A DNA stretch of 55,896 bases, counting the filler, from Jimgerdemannia flammicorona (lineage: Eukaryota), in assembly GCA_003990765.1 (NCBI GenBank). It is 3 parts of 3 records of this genome, joined end to end, with 100 filler letters (N's around TTAATTAATTAA, not from the genome) between each part and the next. Parts side by side here need not be neighbours in the genome. Positions count along the whole stretch, not along the records: positions 1 to 18,568 come from RBNJ01002176.1; 2 more parts are not named here. One strand, written 5' to 3'. A program made the translations under genes and the position numbers. Below the pieces are notes generated by a model, which ran no database searches, was not told the DNA's origin, and saw nothing but the letters and a program-made list of their open reading frames with translations. Shown in pieces: positions 1-10,683 of the stretch (its first letter is position 1; the number at the start of each line of letters is the position of its first letter).

Positions 1-157
1 AAAGGCACTATAATTATAAAAATCTAAACCTATTGCTAAAGAAAATACAATATTATCAAAGGTAATTTTTACTATGGATTCTGCTATAGTAAATATATTT
101 AAGATCTATTATACTACTAATTATATCAAATATACTAGATAAATATAGTAAGAAACT

Positions 158-1743
158 TAGTACTCTGAATGAGTCAATTCGAATCAAATCTAGATTCGAT
201 TTGTCACATAATGGTTCAATCTGAATCTCAAATCCGAAGCCATCTGAATCAACTTGGATTAATCCGAATTGCCCCATCTGAATCACCCCATCCGAATCAT
301 CCATCCGAACCACCCCAATCCAAATCACTCAATCCGAATTACTCTATCTGAATCACTCAATCCGAATCACTCAATCCAAATCACTCAATCCAAATCCTCT
401 AATTCGAATCCTCCAATCTGAATCCTCATCTGAATCCTTCAACTGAATTCTCCAATCCAAATCCTCCACATGACTCATATGCTGGATGTGTCCACAATAC
501 ATTACATACACATGCATACACAATATACACACATGCACACACATATACATGTAAACATGCAAACACACATGTCAACAGATCAGTCTTCAACAGTTCACAG
601 TACCAATGATACTTCAAGTCAAACATCTCTGATAGTTCCACACCTTCTATGCAATTCTCGCTCCGAAATCTGGCAACATTATGCTAAGATAGGAGATAAT
701 GTTGTTTGTAATTATTGCAGGTAAAAAATTAAGATGCACCTATTGACTTGTTTGACACACACATGATATTTTTTCATCCACCCCCATAAACTGCACTAGC
801 CAGAAGTTCAAAATGCTTGGTGGTACAATCTCGAATATAAATCAATACATAAAAGACAAGTACTCTGACAAAATCAAAAAGAACATAGAGACAAATAAAA
901 TCAACATCCAAGCTGTGGTGGGTATGTTTATCTGATTGTCCAACTATTTCTATATCAACAATGTCATTTAATCAAAAATATTTAGCCATACTCTTCGGCA
1001 GAATTTCGAAATCGGCTCATTTGCTGGATTGTGTGCACAGACCAGCTATTCACAACTATCGAGAGTGATCAATTGCATAGCATCTTTGGTCTTCTCAAGT
1101 ATGATTTATATTTGCCAAGTGCTGATACTATTCATAAAGATGTCCTGGAGGCCTATAGGAAGGAGCATGACAATCTCTGCCAGACACTTCAGGTAAAATA
1201 AGAGTAGCACTATGACCTTTGCAAGCTGAATTATATAAAAGAGCTCACCAATTTAACCTTACATTCAATAAGCAGAATTTGGCAGGCAAAATTTCATTTA
1301 CAATCGACACATGGACATCCCCCAATGCAATTTCATTTCTGGGCATTACCAGTCATTAGATTGACCTTGATTGGTAGCTTAAATCTCTCACCCTTGACTT
1401 CGTCAAACTTGCTGGCCCTCATTCTGGAGACAATATCACAGATGCTTTTATTAGTTGTATCCGGGAGCTTGGGATCACAACCAAGGTAAAAAAAGGGGGG
1501 CTTGCCATCAGGTTGGTGTTTTGAGGGAGGTCCTTAAACAGAACAGATTTTGTTGGTTATTTATTTTCGCATAATTCACCAACTGAATATTTCAAGTACA
1601 GATTTTGGCCATTATGATGGACAATGCTACAAACAACTCAACATTTTTCCAAGCTTTAGCGGCCAGCCTCAAACAGGAAAACATAGCCTTTGGTGCAGAA
1701 AGCTGCCATATGCAATGCCAGGCCTATGTACTGAACCTCGCTA
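158..1743 (+). mobile_element. hAT-superfamily DNA transposon, left end plus 5' half of transposase (truncated)
   Basis: Starts TAGTACTCTGAATGAGTC, similar to the MITE TIR TAGTGCTCCCAAATGAGTC at 50759. Subterminal GAATC/TCCGAATC repeats span about 170-465, followed by a spliced transposase. Cut off by a family A retroelement fragment at about 1744. Confidence 0.8.
569..1743 (+). pseudogene. hAT transposase with BED zinc finger, intron-containing, with in-frame stops
   Basis: BED-like RSEIWQHY...VCNYC, then ISFTIDTWTS, FLGITSH*ID, HSGDNI, IMMDNATNN and CQAYVLNLA (CxxH-LNL motif). GT-AG introns at about 721-799, 922-985, 1193-1275 and 1486-1601. Confidence 0.85.
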
Positions 1744-2074
1744 TTTAGGACTATTGGGCTACTTGCTTCTTTAATGATGCCAGCTTCTTCCATCTGCTTG
1801 ATTTCTTCTCTGAGCCATTCTTGGTAGGCTGGCAGAATAGGTCTTGCCTTCTGATAAATTGGTTCAGTGTCTCCAGTATCTACTTCATGATAGTAGTGTG
1901 GGGTCTTTCCTTTGATATCCTTGAAATCTGTGGTAAGGATATCTTCAAATTTATAGAATATTTCCTTGAGTTCTTTCTTGAGTGAAAATTCATTTCTGAT
2001 GGTGTAGCTGTGCTTGCTTGTGTTTTCCTCTTTCTTATGCTCAAGTTCGGTGATCTTGGTATTGGTGAATACTC

Positions 2075-2495
2075 CTCTTCCTGTAGATCCAAATCCTTTC
2101 TTTCCTCTTTTCGTTTCCTCCAGCTTCTTAACTTCTATAATCTTTGGTTGTAGCATCAGAAAGATCAACATTTGCACCAATCAGTCCTTCTTCTTGACTG
2201 GAAATGGGATTGTAGGATTGTGATTCCTAGCAATGAGTAGAATTTCTCCAGTATAGTCTGAATTGATGACTCTTTCTTCAATTGTGATTTCACTTCTAGC
2301 CAGGCTGCTTCTTGTCTTGAGAATCCTGACATGATCCTTTAGGATGGTCATCTCCAGTCCAGTTGTGAGTAGAGTGGTTGTCTGGGGTTCCAGTACAGTC
2401 TCTTCTACTGTAGTGATGTCTATTCCAGCTGTATTTTCTGACTTGTATTCTGGCAAGACTACATCAGGGTGGATCTTTCGAATCTTGACCTTGAT
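2075..2495 (-). pseudogene. dUTPase domain of family A pol, between protease and RT
   Basis: AGIDI, RSSLA, VINSDYTGEI, VQMLI and RGKKGFGSTG match the five trimeric dUTPase motifs; one in-frame stop at 2181. Confidence 0.92.
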
Positions 2496-2844
2496 TTCTT
2501 CTTCATCATCACTGTCCTCCAGGAGAGCTGGTGGTTTGTCATCTTCCTCCTTCTCTTCTTCCCTGATCTGTTTTTCAAGAGCTTTCTGCCTTCTTTCCTG
2601 GTGGATCTTCCTGATTCCAATGGTGCACTGGTAGCAATCATTGACATGCTCCATACAGTATATCTTGATCCCATGAGGACAGACTCCTTGTGGTGCATAG
2701 CCTTCTGCCATCTTCTTGTACTATTCTTCTTCACTCATCCATCCAACTTTCTTCTTCTTTGGAGTAGTTACCATATAAGCTTCCTCTTGCTCACTCTCTT
2801 CTTCCTCTATATCAGGCAGGACTCCTTTGTTGACATTGATGGGA

Positions 2845-3195
2845 ATTCATATCTTCTGTCCCCAGTAGGTGATCTGCATCTTCTGAACATTGAGATCAAT
2901 TACTGCCTTGGCTTTGTGAAGCCATTGATTACCAATGAGGATGTCATAGTTGGTGGCATTGGTTACAATTACATCTACTGGGATTGTTGCTCCTCCAATC
3001 TTGATGGGAACATCTCGGATCTTTCCCAGAGGTGTGGCTCTTGTGCTATCAGCTGTGACGAATACCAGCTTAGTTGCTTCTTCCACATCCCAACCTAGGC
3101 GGTCTGCTGCCTTCTTGCTGAGGAGACATCCTCCTGCTCCCATATCGATGATGGCTTCAAAGATTCTATCTTTGATTTAGCATGTTGCATATGCA
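2845..3195 (-). pseudogene. Retropepsin aspartic protease of family A
   Basis: AIIDMGAGG (DTGA-derived) and YDILIGNQWL motifs in ORF 2847..3143. Confidence 0.9.
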
Positions 3196-3759
3196 GAGGT
3201 TTTGCAATTGTCCTCACTTTCTTCTCCTGAGTCCTCTTGAATGTTATTGGCCTCAGTTATCTCCCATCCTTGTTCCTTAGTTGTTTTGGCAAGTCCAAAT
3301 CTCATTTGCTATCTGAATGTTGGGATTTCTGTGAGCTGACCAAAGGTTGCATTGACCTTTTGTTGACTGAGGTCCTTGAAGATATCATACTTGAAGGTCT
3401 TGGTCTTGCGAAGCTTTTTTTCTTTTTCTCCTTCACTAGCTGGAGTGGTTCCTTGGATGATATCTTGAACTGCTTGCTCCAGCTCTGTATCTTGGTCCAT
3501 CTCTTTGGCTTGGCTTTCTGTGGCAGTTTCCATCCACTTTTCCACTGGGTTCTTCTTGGGTCTTCCTGGTGGTCTCTTGTAGGATTCTTTGCGAACATCC
3601 TTCTTGTTGGTCTGAACAGGATAGGCCTCCCATTCCTCTTCATCGGATTCTCTGATTTCTTCAAAGGTGATTGTATTGGCCTGCTCCTTGTTTTGTATAG
3701 TTGTTCTATGATGGAGTTTGTAACCAAGGTGAGAGTTTGGATAACCTCTTCGATTGGTG

Positions 3760-5050
3760 GTCTGGAGATTGCATCGGCAATAATATTTTCCTTGCCAGGG
3801 TGGTACTGGATTTCATAGTCAAAGTTGGTGAGGACTTTCATCCATCTGGCTTGCTTTCGAGAAAGGGTAGCCTGTGTCTTGATGTTGACTAATGACTTGT
3901 GGTCAGTCAATACAGTGAAGTGTGCTCCTTCTAGGTATAGTCACCACTTGATCAGAGTGTCTATAATGGCTAGCATTTCCTTCTCGTGAGTTGCATAGTT
4001 GATTTTGGCATCATTGAACTTGTGGGAGTGATAGGCCACAGGGTGTCCTTCTTGTATGAGTACTGCTCCAAGAGCTAGATCAGAGGCATCAGTAGTGACT
4101 TCATATGGTAGGGCAGGATTTGCTGCTTGAAGTACTGGAGTGGTTATCAAGGCATCCTTTAGTGCTTGAAAGGTGGTATCTTGCTCGGGTCTCCAATTTA
4201 CAAGATTGTTGAAATCTTTCTCTTGTTTCATGGTCTGGGGTTGTTCTTGTTTCTTGCTGTACTTGGTCATTTGGGTGAGGGTGGTAGCAATTTTAGCAAA
4301 GTTGGCAACAAATTGCCTGTAATAGTTTGCTAATCCTAGGAATAGCTGGAGGTCTTTCAGCTTCTTGGGTCTGAGCCAATCCTTGATTGCAGAGATTTTG
4401 CTGGGGTCCACTTTGATTCCATTTGGAGTGACAATGTGTCCAAGGAATTAAATTTCTTTCAGGAGAAATTTGTACTTGCTGAGTTTTGCAAAGAGTCAGT
4501 TTTCTTGGAGTTTCAGTAGTACTAGTTCAAGGTGTTCAAGATGTTCCTCTAGGGTTTTGCTGAAGACTAGGATGTCGTCAATGTAGACAACAATGAATTT
4601 GTCCAGGTATGGATGCAGAATAGTATTCATCAGTATCTGGAAGGTTGCTGGAGCATTAGTTAAGCCAAAGGGCATAACCAGGAACTCAAAGTGTCCATAG
4701 CGAGTTTGGAAAGCTGTCTTGTAGATGTCTTCTTCTTTTATAGCAATTTGCCAGTAACCATTTCACAGGTCAAAGGAGCTCATGAATTGTGGGTTTGTAA
4801 GTCTATCAAATATTTCATTGATCCTCAGAAGTGGGCAACAGTTCTTGATGGTCTGTTCATTGAGATCACAGTAGTCAATGCACATTCACAGGTCTCCTCC
4901 TTTCTTGACAACGAAGAGGACTGGTGCACCATAGGGTGATACACTGGGTCTAATGAATCCTTGTTCTAGTAGTTCATCGATTTCCTTCTTGAGTACATCA
5001 ATTTCTCTTGGAGACATGTGGTAGATTGACTTGAAGGCTGGTTTGGCATC
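3760..5050 (-). pseudogene. Reverse transcriptase and RNase H of family B
   Basis: [21 protein letters not shown] (about 4570-4590), FLGLANYYR, TDASDLALGAVL, EKEMLAI, TDHKSL, ARW and NIIADAISR; several stops. Confidence 0.95.
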
Positions 5051-5329
5051 TGGAATAGTCTTAATAGTATGGTCTACTGCTCATTTGGGAGATAGGCCTT
5101 TCAGGAGCTTCTTTGGGAATATGTCCCAGAATTTCTGGAGTAGTGGTCTGACATGGCTGTCAACTTTGGAAAAGTCTTCTTCAGAGTTCTTGGGTTCTCC
5201 TTTGGATGGATGGATGGAGATAGCAAAGAGAGGGCATTTCTTGGCCAATTTCTTGAGTTGTAGCTTATTGATGTGGGTGATCTTTGGTCCAGGGTCACTA
5301 GAGTTGAGTGGGTCCTTTTCGCCTTGTAG

Positions 5330-5690
5330 TTTGAAGTTGTGGCATCCTTTCTTGATGGTCAGAGAATGGTTTACCCAATCGATCATGGGGTTCTCTTGTT
5401 TTAATCATGGGGTTCCAAGGATGATTTCGTTATCAGGGAGTGGTATGATCTGGAGGGTAACATGTACTTGGTAGTTGCCAATTCGGAAAGGTAGATTGCA
5501 GACTTCTTTGCTAATAACATGTGAGGTTCCATCAGCTATAGCAACTGCTTGAGTTTGCTGTACTGGGGAGGTGAAGACCTTGAGTCTATTGGCTGTCTCT
5601 TCATTGATGAAGTTGCCTGAGGCACCACTGTCTATCATAATCTTGATAGATGCTCCATTGACAAAAGCCTTAAGGGTGAGCAGTTTGTCT
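5330..5690 (-). pseudogene. Aspartic protease of family B
   Basis: MIDSGASGNFI...EIILGTP in ORF 5405..5638. Confidence 0.92.
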
Positions 5691-5904
5691 GATCCAATGG
5701 TGGTGATTTCAGTTGTAGGAGCTTTCCTTCTTTTGGTTCTTCTTTGTGCCAGTTCATTGATACAAGAGAAGCAATATCAATCATTTGGGAAGAGTACATT
5801 CCAATGCCATGAGGGCATTGGCCACTTGGTACATATTCATCTTCGATCTTCTTGTAGAATTGTTCTTCTTTGCTCATGGTATGTTGGGCTAGGGCCTTGT
5901 TTGA

Positions 5905-6305
5905 TGAGCCATTTGGATCCTCGGATGGTAGGCAGTAATTCAAGAACTTCCTTGACTGTCAGGGTTGACTTGATTTTTTCGAATAGGATCTGGGCAATAC
6001 AGAAGCCAATAGGGATCTTGAAGGGTGTCCAACTGTGGTTTCGAATGAGGACAATGATTTCGCCTGTATAATCTTCATCAATGACTCCTCCTTCTACTGA
6101 GAGTCTTTTCAGTACTAGGCTGCTGGACAGCATATTCTTCCAACATGTCCTTCAGGGATTTGGATACTGATTCCTATGTAGACTTGTTTGACTTCTCGGT
6201 TGGAAACTGTAGCTTCTTTGGCTGCATACAGGTCATATCCAGCTGCTTTCTGACTTCCTTTGGTTGGGGCCTTAGCGGTTTGTCTTAACTTGACAAAGTC
6301 CAGTA
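5905..6305 (-). pseudogene. dUTPase domain of family B, between gag zinc knuckle and protease
   Basis: PTKGSQKAAGYDL, SSSLV, GGVIDEDYTGEI, IAQILF and RGSK; a frameshift near 6135. Confidence 0.92.
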
Positions 6306-6319
6306 TTCTTGTGGTCAGG

Positions 6320-8290
6320 TTGTTGAGGTGGTGCAGAGTGGTAACAGTTGCTCATATTGCTGTTCAGAGTTTTCAGTTAGGGCAGGCACTGGCCATGTGT
6401 TCTGTCTTTCAGCAATAGAAGCATACTCTGCTTCTTCAAAGTTCGTTCCTTTCGCCTTCAGTAAGTTTCTTGAAAGTACTTGGCTGGGTGAGTTCATGAT
6501 TTCTGAGTGTCCAAGAGGTAGATGTGGAGGAAGCTCGAGATGCTTCATGCTTGGGTTCTTCTTTCTTGGTCTAAGTCTTTTCCTTATTGTTAAATTGTCT
6601 TCAGGGCAGAATTGGTCCAGCTGTTAGGATTCGCTTGACCATGGTCTTGATTCTTGCCAGGCATCATTGTTGGTGATCACAACCAACTGGGCGGCCTTGT
6701 TCTTGGATTTTTCTAGTAAGCCATTCAGGCAGGACATCAAATAAATGGTCTGCTCTTGTACCATTTCATGCTTCATCATTGGCAATATATCCTAGGCCAA
6801 CAGTGTTCAGGAGTGACTCGAGTTTTGTACAGAAGGTTTCAAATTCTTCTTTGCCATGTATATCAAATTTGAGGTTGCGGAGTTTTACTCAAGATTCAGT
6901 GATCATAGTTTTACTGTGGTATTGAGCGATCATGAGTTGTTTGAGTCCAGGGGCTACAGGATGGGCTCCATATCCTGGGGCATTGTTTGCTGCATTCTGG
7001 GCAACTACTGTAGATCGGGTGTCCCATGTGGGGGGTTTTTCAGGAAGGGTTCACCACCATTCTTCAGCAGGTCCTTGGAAGAATGTAACAACTCAGCGGA
7101 CATAGGCTGTAGTGGTAGCAAAGAGTTGTTCCAGAGTATGGTCTTGATTATTTGTCAGAACGTGGTCAGCAACTCGCTCATTGGTCTATTGATTGGCTTC
7201 GAAATTGGTGTTAACTACACTAATGAAGCTTTGGACTTCTTGTGCAGTACCATTGAAGGTAGGTAGGCTCAGATTTTTGGTAGGTCAGGTCTGTTCAGCT
7301 AAGGCAGTAATAGTTGCTGCCATTATAGCTACCTGGGCTGTGAGATCTAGAATCTGTTGGTTTGCTATATTATTTACTGGAGGCAGTTGGACTACTGGTA
7401 GTAGTGTTACTGGTACTACTTGAGGTACTGGTGCAGAGTGTGATGGGGTTCTTTGGGTCTGTGTAAGCTGCTAGAGTAGTAGTTGTGGATCTGGAGTAAG
7501 GGCTTGATAGATAGCTGTTTGTTGCTGAGTAGGTATATTCTGTCCTGATGGAGGTACTTCTCCTTTGGTAGTATATCTGAGATCGAATTCACTGAGATAC
7601 TCCTCCTCTTCTTTGGTTTGGTCTCCGTGTAATTGGGTTTGCTCGGCGTCAAAGTAGACAGAATCAGTTATATATCTGATTTCAGATAGACTTAATTCAA
7701 AGTCAAGTTCAGGTTTGGTTTGGGTTTCAGATTCAGATAGGGCTGTAGCAGGGCCTACTTCAGGTTCGGAGTCAGGTAGTTGATGAAGGATTTCTCTTGC
7801 TTCTTCTTTAAGAATATGGTGGGCCTTGCTGTTCTGGAATCAGTAGTATAATGTGGTCTTGGTTCTGGTGCGGTGAAAGTCAGTAGAGTTGAGCCACTTG
7901 GCTATAGAGGCTTGGGCTTCATGAGGAACTAAGGCTAGAAAGACTGCTGCTGGTTGTCCTAGGTTGCTCAGATTTGTAGAGCTGACAAAACTCTTATTGA
8001 GAAGAGTAAAGAAGGCTTCAATAAGACCTTCTTCATCTTGACTTGCTGGGTGTAGTGTAAGGAGTTCAGTGAATAGGGTTTCACCTATTTGCTGGTTTAA
8101 CCTGAGTACTTCTTTCTTTGAATAAAGTTTGTCCCACTTGTTGCAGGTGTGAAGGTCAAATTGTCCTTGTACGTCAGGTTCAATTCTCTCCAGATTGTCA
8201 GATGGTTCAGGATAAATTCCAGTTCAGAGGTTGGGCTTTATACCAACTTGTAGGAATTCACAGAGGGGTTTGTAGTGGGGTGAGAAAGCA
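6320..8290 (-). pseudogene. Gag of family B with CCHC zinc knuckle and long N-terminal extension
   Basis: CFYC*KTEHMASAC at about 6384-6425 and capsid-like PTFNGTAQEVQSF near 7260. Upstream coding-like sequence runs toward the PBS; start position uncertain. Confidence 0.75.
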
Positions 8291-8312
8291 TCTTGAAGTA
8301 GAATTGGATTGT

Positions 8313-8327
8313 AAACTGCTGCTACCA
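8313..8327 (-). promoter_or_regulatory. Primer-binding site of family B (TGGTAGCAGC, initiator-Met-tRNA-like)
   Basis: TGG begins after a 3-nt ACT spacer following the LTR end at 8331. Confidence 0.75.
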
Positions 8328-8330
8328 AGT

Positions 8331-10396
8331 TATAAGAGGGTTGCTTTTTAGAGTAACTGTTACATAGTTCTGGAAAGGTTTTCTGGATATTCTGGATGTT
8401 CTGGAAGACTGTTTTCTTATGGTCAAGATCAATTTCATATGGAGTACGTCCTCTATGCTTATTGATTTCAAGATTGGGTTGATGTCTCAACCAAAGTCCT
8501 TTTTCGAACTAGTTCTAGATGTTCAGAATTTTCCATATTTCAGGAAGTTCAAGAAACTAAGACCAGCTTAGTTGAATTGGCATATCACTGCAGACAATAC
8601 CCAATTAGGAAATTTTGTGAGGGGGTTAGGAGTGGAACCTAACAGGGAGTGGATTTACTTAAGAGTGGTTTGTGGGTTATTTGAATAGGTTTATTTGCTA
8701 TTTATGATATTGCTATACTAGGAGTAGTTGTATGAAGGGATATTGTGGAGAAGTATTCAGGAATGTTCTTGTGTGTTTGAGTTTGAGATTCTGAGGTCTG
8801 GGGGAGGTGGTATTTATACTAGTGAGGGGCTATCTGAACTATGCTGAATATGGATGTAGCACTAAGTGCCTTGCTGAGTCGGAATGCAGTCACATAGTAC
8901 AAGTGTGATCTGACATGTCAAGAGATCATCTGACTGCTGAGTCAGTTCACAGTTATGTCATACATACAATGCTAATCTAACTATACTATGACTGCTAGGC
9001 TATTTATGGGTTTAGGCACTATCTGGGTAGTCTTCGATGACATCACTATTGATTGCATCATCTCTGATAAAGTAGTCATCTAGGAAGAGTGGTTCACAGA
9101 TTACTTCTCCTTGTTCACTGAGGTAATAATATATTGGAACTTCATCACCATCTCACAGAATAGCATCATCTGTCTCATAGGCTGGATAAGGTGTTGGTGG
9201 ATGAAGGATGGATATGTTGTTTTCGCTTTCATTGGATTCGCTGTCTGCATACCTTCTATAGGTTATAATACTATAAGTTGCAGGATTGTAGTAAGCTGGT
9301 GGCTGTAGTTCATGTCACTCGTACTCAGGTGGTGAAGTGGTTGGTTCAATCTCGAGGGTTGTCTGGAGGTACAGGTTGTGTTCTCCGGTCTCTTCATTGT
9401 AGTTGAAGTAATCAGGAGTGAATGCAGGTTAGTATTCATGCCAGTGATCATTGTCCCAATAAGTTTCGTATACTGTTATGAATTGTTGTAAGTTCATCAG
9501 CAAGGTTGGCAGTATGATCAGGGTTGGCAGAAATCCTTGGCTAGAGGTCATATTGATGTCAGAGGGATCATTGTCTTCTGCTTCATCTTCATCGAAGTGG
9601 ATTATATCGTAGATATCCTTCATGGTGTATCCAACTTGGGGCATTTGCAGGATATGGTCATTGGAGTGTGGGAAGGTTCTGTCTGTGGTTTCGACATACT
9701 TGAGGTACTTGTGGTTGAGTTTTTGTATCATATCATCGATTTGGCCATAGGACAGAGTAGCAACCATTTCGCTGGTAGTAACTCGGAGATGAGGAATAAT
9801 AGTACTGACCTCATAGAAGAGTTCTCAATGTTTGCGGGCGATGAGCTTCTGATGTTGAGACATCTGGGTAATGTCTGTATCATGGTGGTGTTCAACCATA
9901 TCCTCCAGGAGGTGGCCGATCTGGTAGTAGCTTGAGATTTGTCCAATTCGGTGGGCCTCGCTAAGCATGTTCAGAGTGTTCCATCAGACTTCCATGAAGT
10001 AGAGGGGTGCCAGGCTATGGATATTCATGAGGGGCAGAGGGGGTGTGGCTTGGTTGACAATGGCATTCCAAATGTCAGTGCAGATACAGTTGTAGATCTC
10101 GGTGGTCATGTTTGTGTGTTTGGAAGTTTGTAGTTGTTATTTGTTTTGGTTCTCTGTTTCAACGCATCTCAGTGCTCGATATATGCATTTGATCCTGATT
10201 GATAAGATTCTGTTTGTATAAATCTTGTATTCTGTGACTTCGTATTGACTCAGCTTTATGCACTATGACTTCAGTTTGACTCAGCTTCATGATCAAGCAG
10301 GTGATTTCCAGATTTGTTCGGAGGTTGTGTGAGATTTCAGTAGCTTGTTCAGAGGGTGATGTGTAATTTCGGTGGCTTAGAGGTTGTGTACTTACA
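8331..10396 (-). repeat. Family B 5' LTR, 2066 bp
   Basis: Termini TGTAAG...CTTATA (eroded CTTACA). The same two boundaries appear in the copy at 49419-50536, which is preceded by a PPT; the left boundary also appears at 32130. TATAAATA at 8811-8818. Confidence 0.85.
9012..10109 (-). pseudogene. LTR (U3)-encoded accessory ORF of unknown function, 365 aa with five in-frame stops and no frameshift
   Basis: One frame from ATG 10109 (MTTEIYN...) to TAA 9012 (...EDYPDSA*). Internal stops are 4 TGA and 1 TAA, compatible with C>T or G>A changes. Includes ORF 9429..9767. Confidence 0.8.
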
Positions 10397-10680
10397 GTTG
10401 TGGCTGTGAATACTGCTCTGGTAGGACCTTGTAGGCTGAAGGGTATGAGGGCTACTTGCTGTGCTGCTGTCAGGGTTCTTATAGTGGCATATTATTCGAA
10501 ATCATCAATAAAGGTGATGATTGATTTGTCTGAGGTATATCTATGGAATACTGGTGGTCTCATATCTATCTTGTCTGGGTATTGGGGCTCGGTTTTTATG
10601 GTTGTTCGGGTAGTGGTAGTTGTTTGTTGTTCAGCTTGAAAGTGAGGGATTCATCTTGAATCACCAGCCAATAGGCACCA
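10397..10680 (-). mobile_element. Family A PBS (TGGTGCCTATTGGC) and start of gag
   Basis: TGG after an ACT spacer following the LTR end at 10684; colinear with about 33403-33690. Confidence 0.8.
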
Positions 10681-10683
10681 AGT

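Larger units (their letters stand above)
1744..3705 (-). mobile_element. Ty3/Gypsy family A internal fragment: gag tail-protease-dUTPase-RT N-terminus
   Basis: Protease IIDMGAGG...DILIGNQWL, dUTPase motifs and RT start (HEVDTGDTEPIYQK...GIIKEASSP). Colinear with the plus-strand copy at about 34370-36330. Confidence 0.9.
3706..10396 (-). mobile_element. Ty3/Gypsy family B element (5' LTR-PBS-gag-dUTPase-PR-RT-RNase H; 3' part missing), nested in family A gag
   Basis: Ordered domains on the minus strand, LTR 8331-10396, PBS starting at 8327. Family A sequence resumes on both sides (10397 onward and below about 3705). Confidence 0.9.

Noticed and set aside
3302..3910. 202-aa ORF as a novel RNase H fusion protein
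   Set aside because: It crosses the B/A deletion junction and reads family A gag out of frame.
9012..10109. Alternative genetic code or programmed readthrough explaining in-frame TGA codons
   Set aside because: TAA and TAG stops and frameshifts also occur throughout the TE copies, and the MFS gene ends in TGA; deamination-type mutation explains them.
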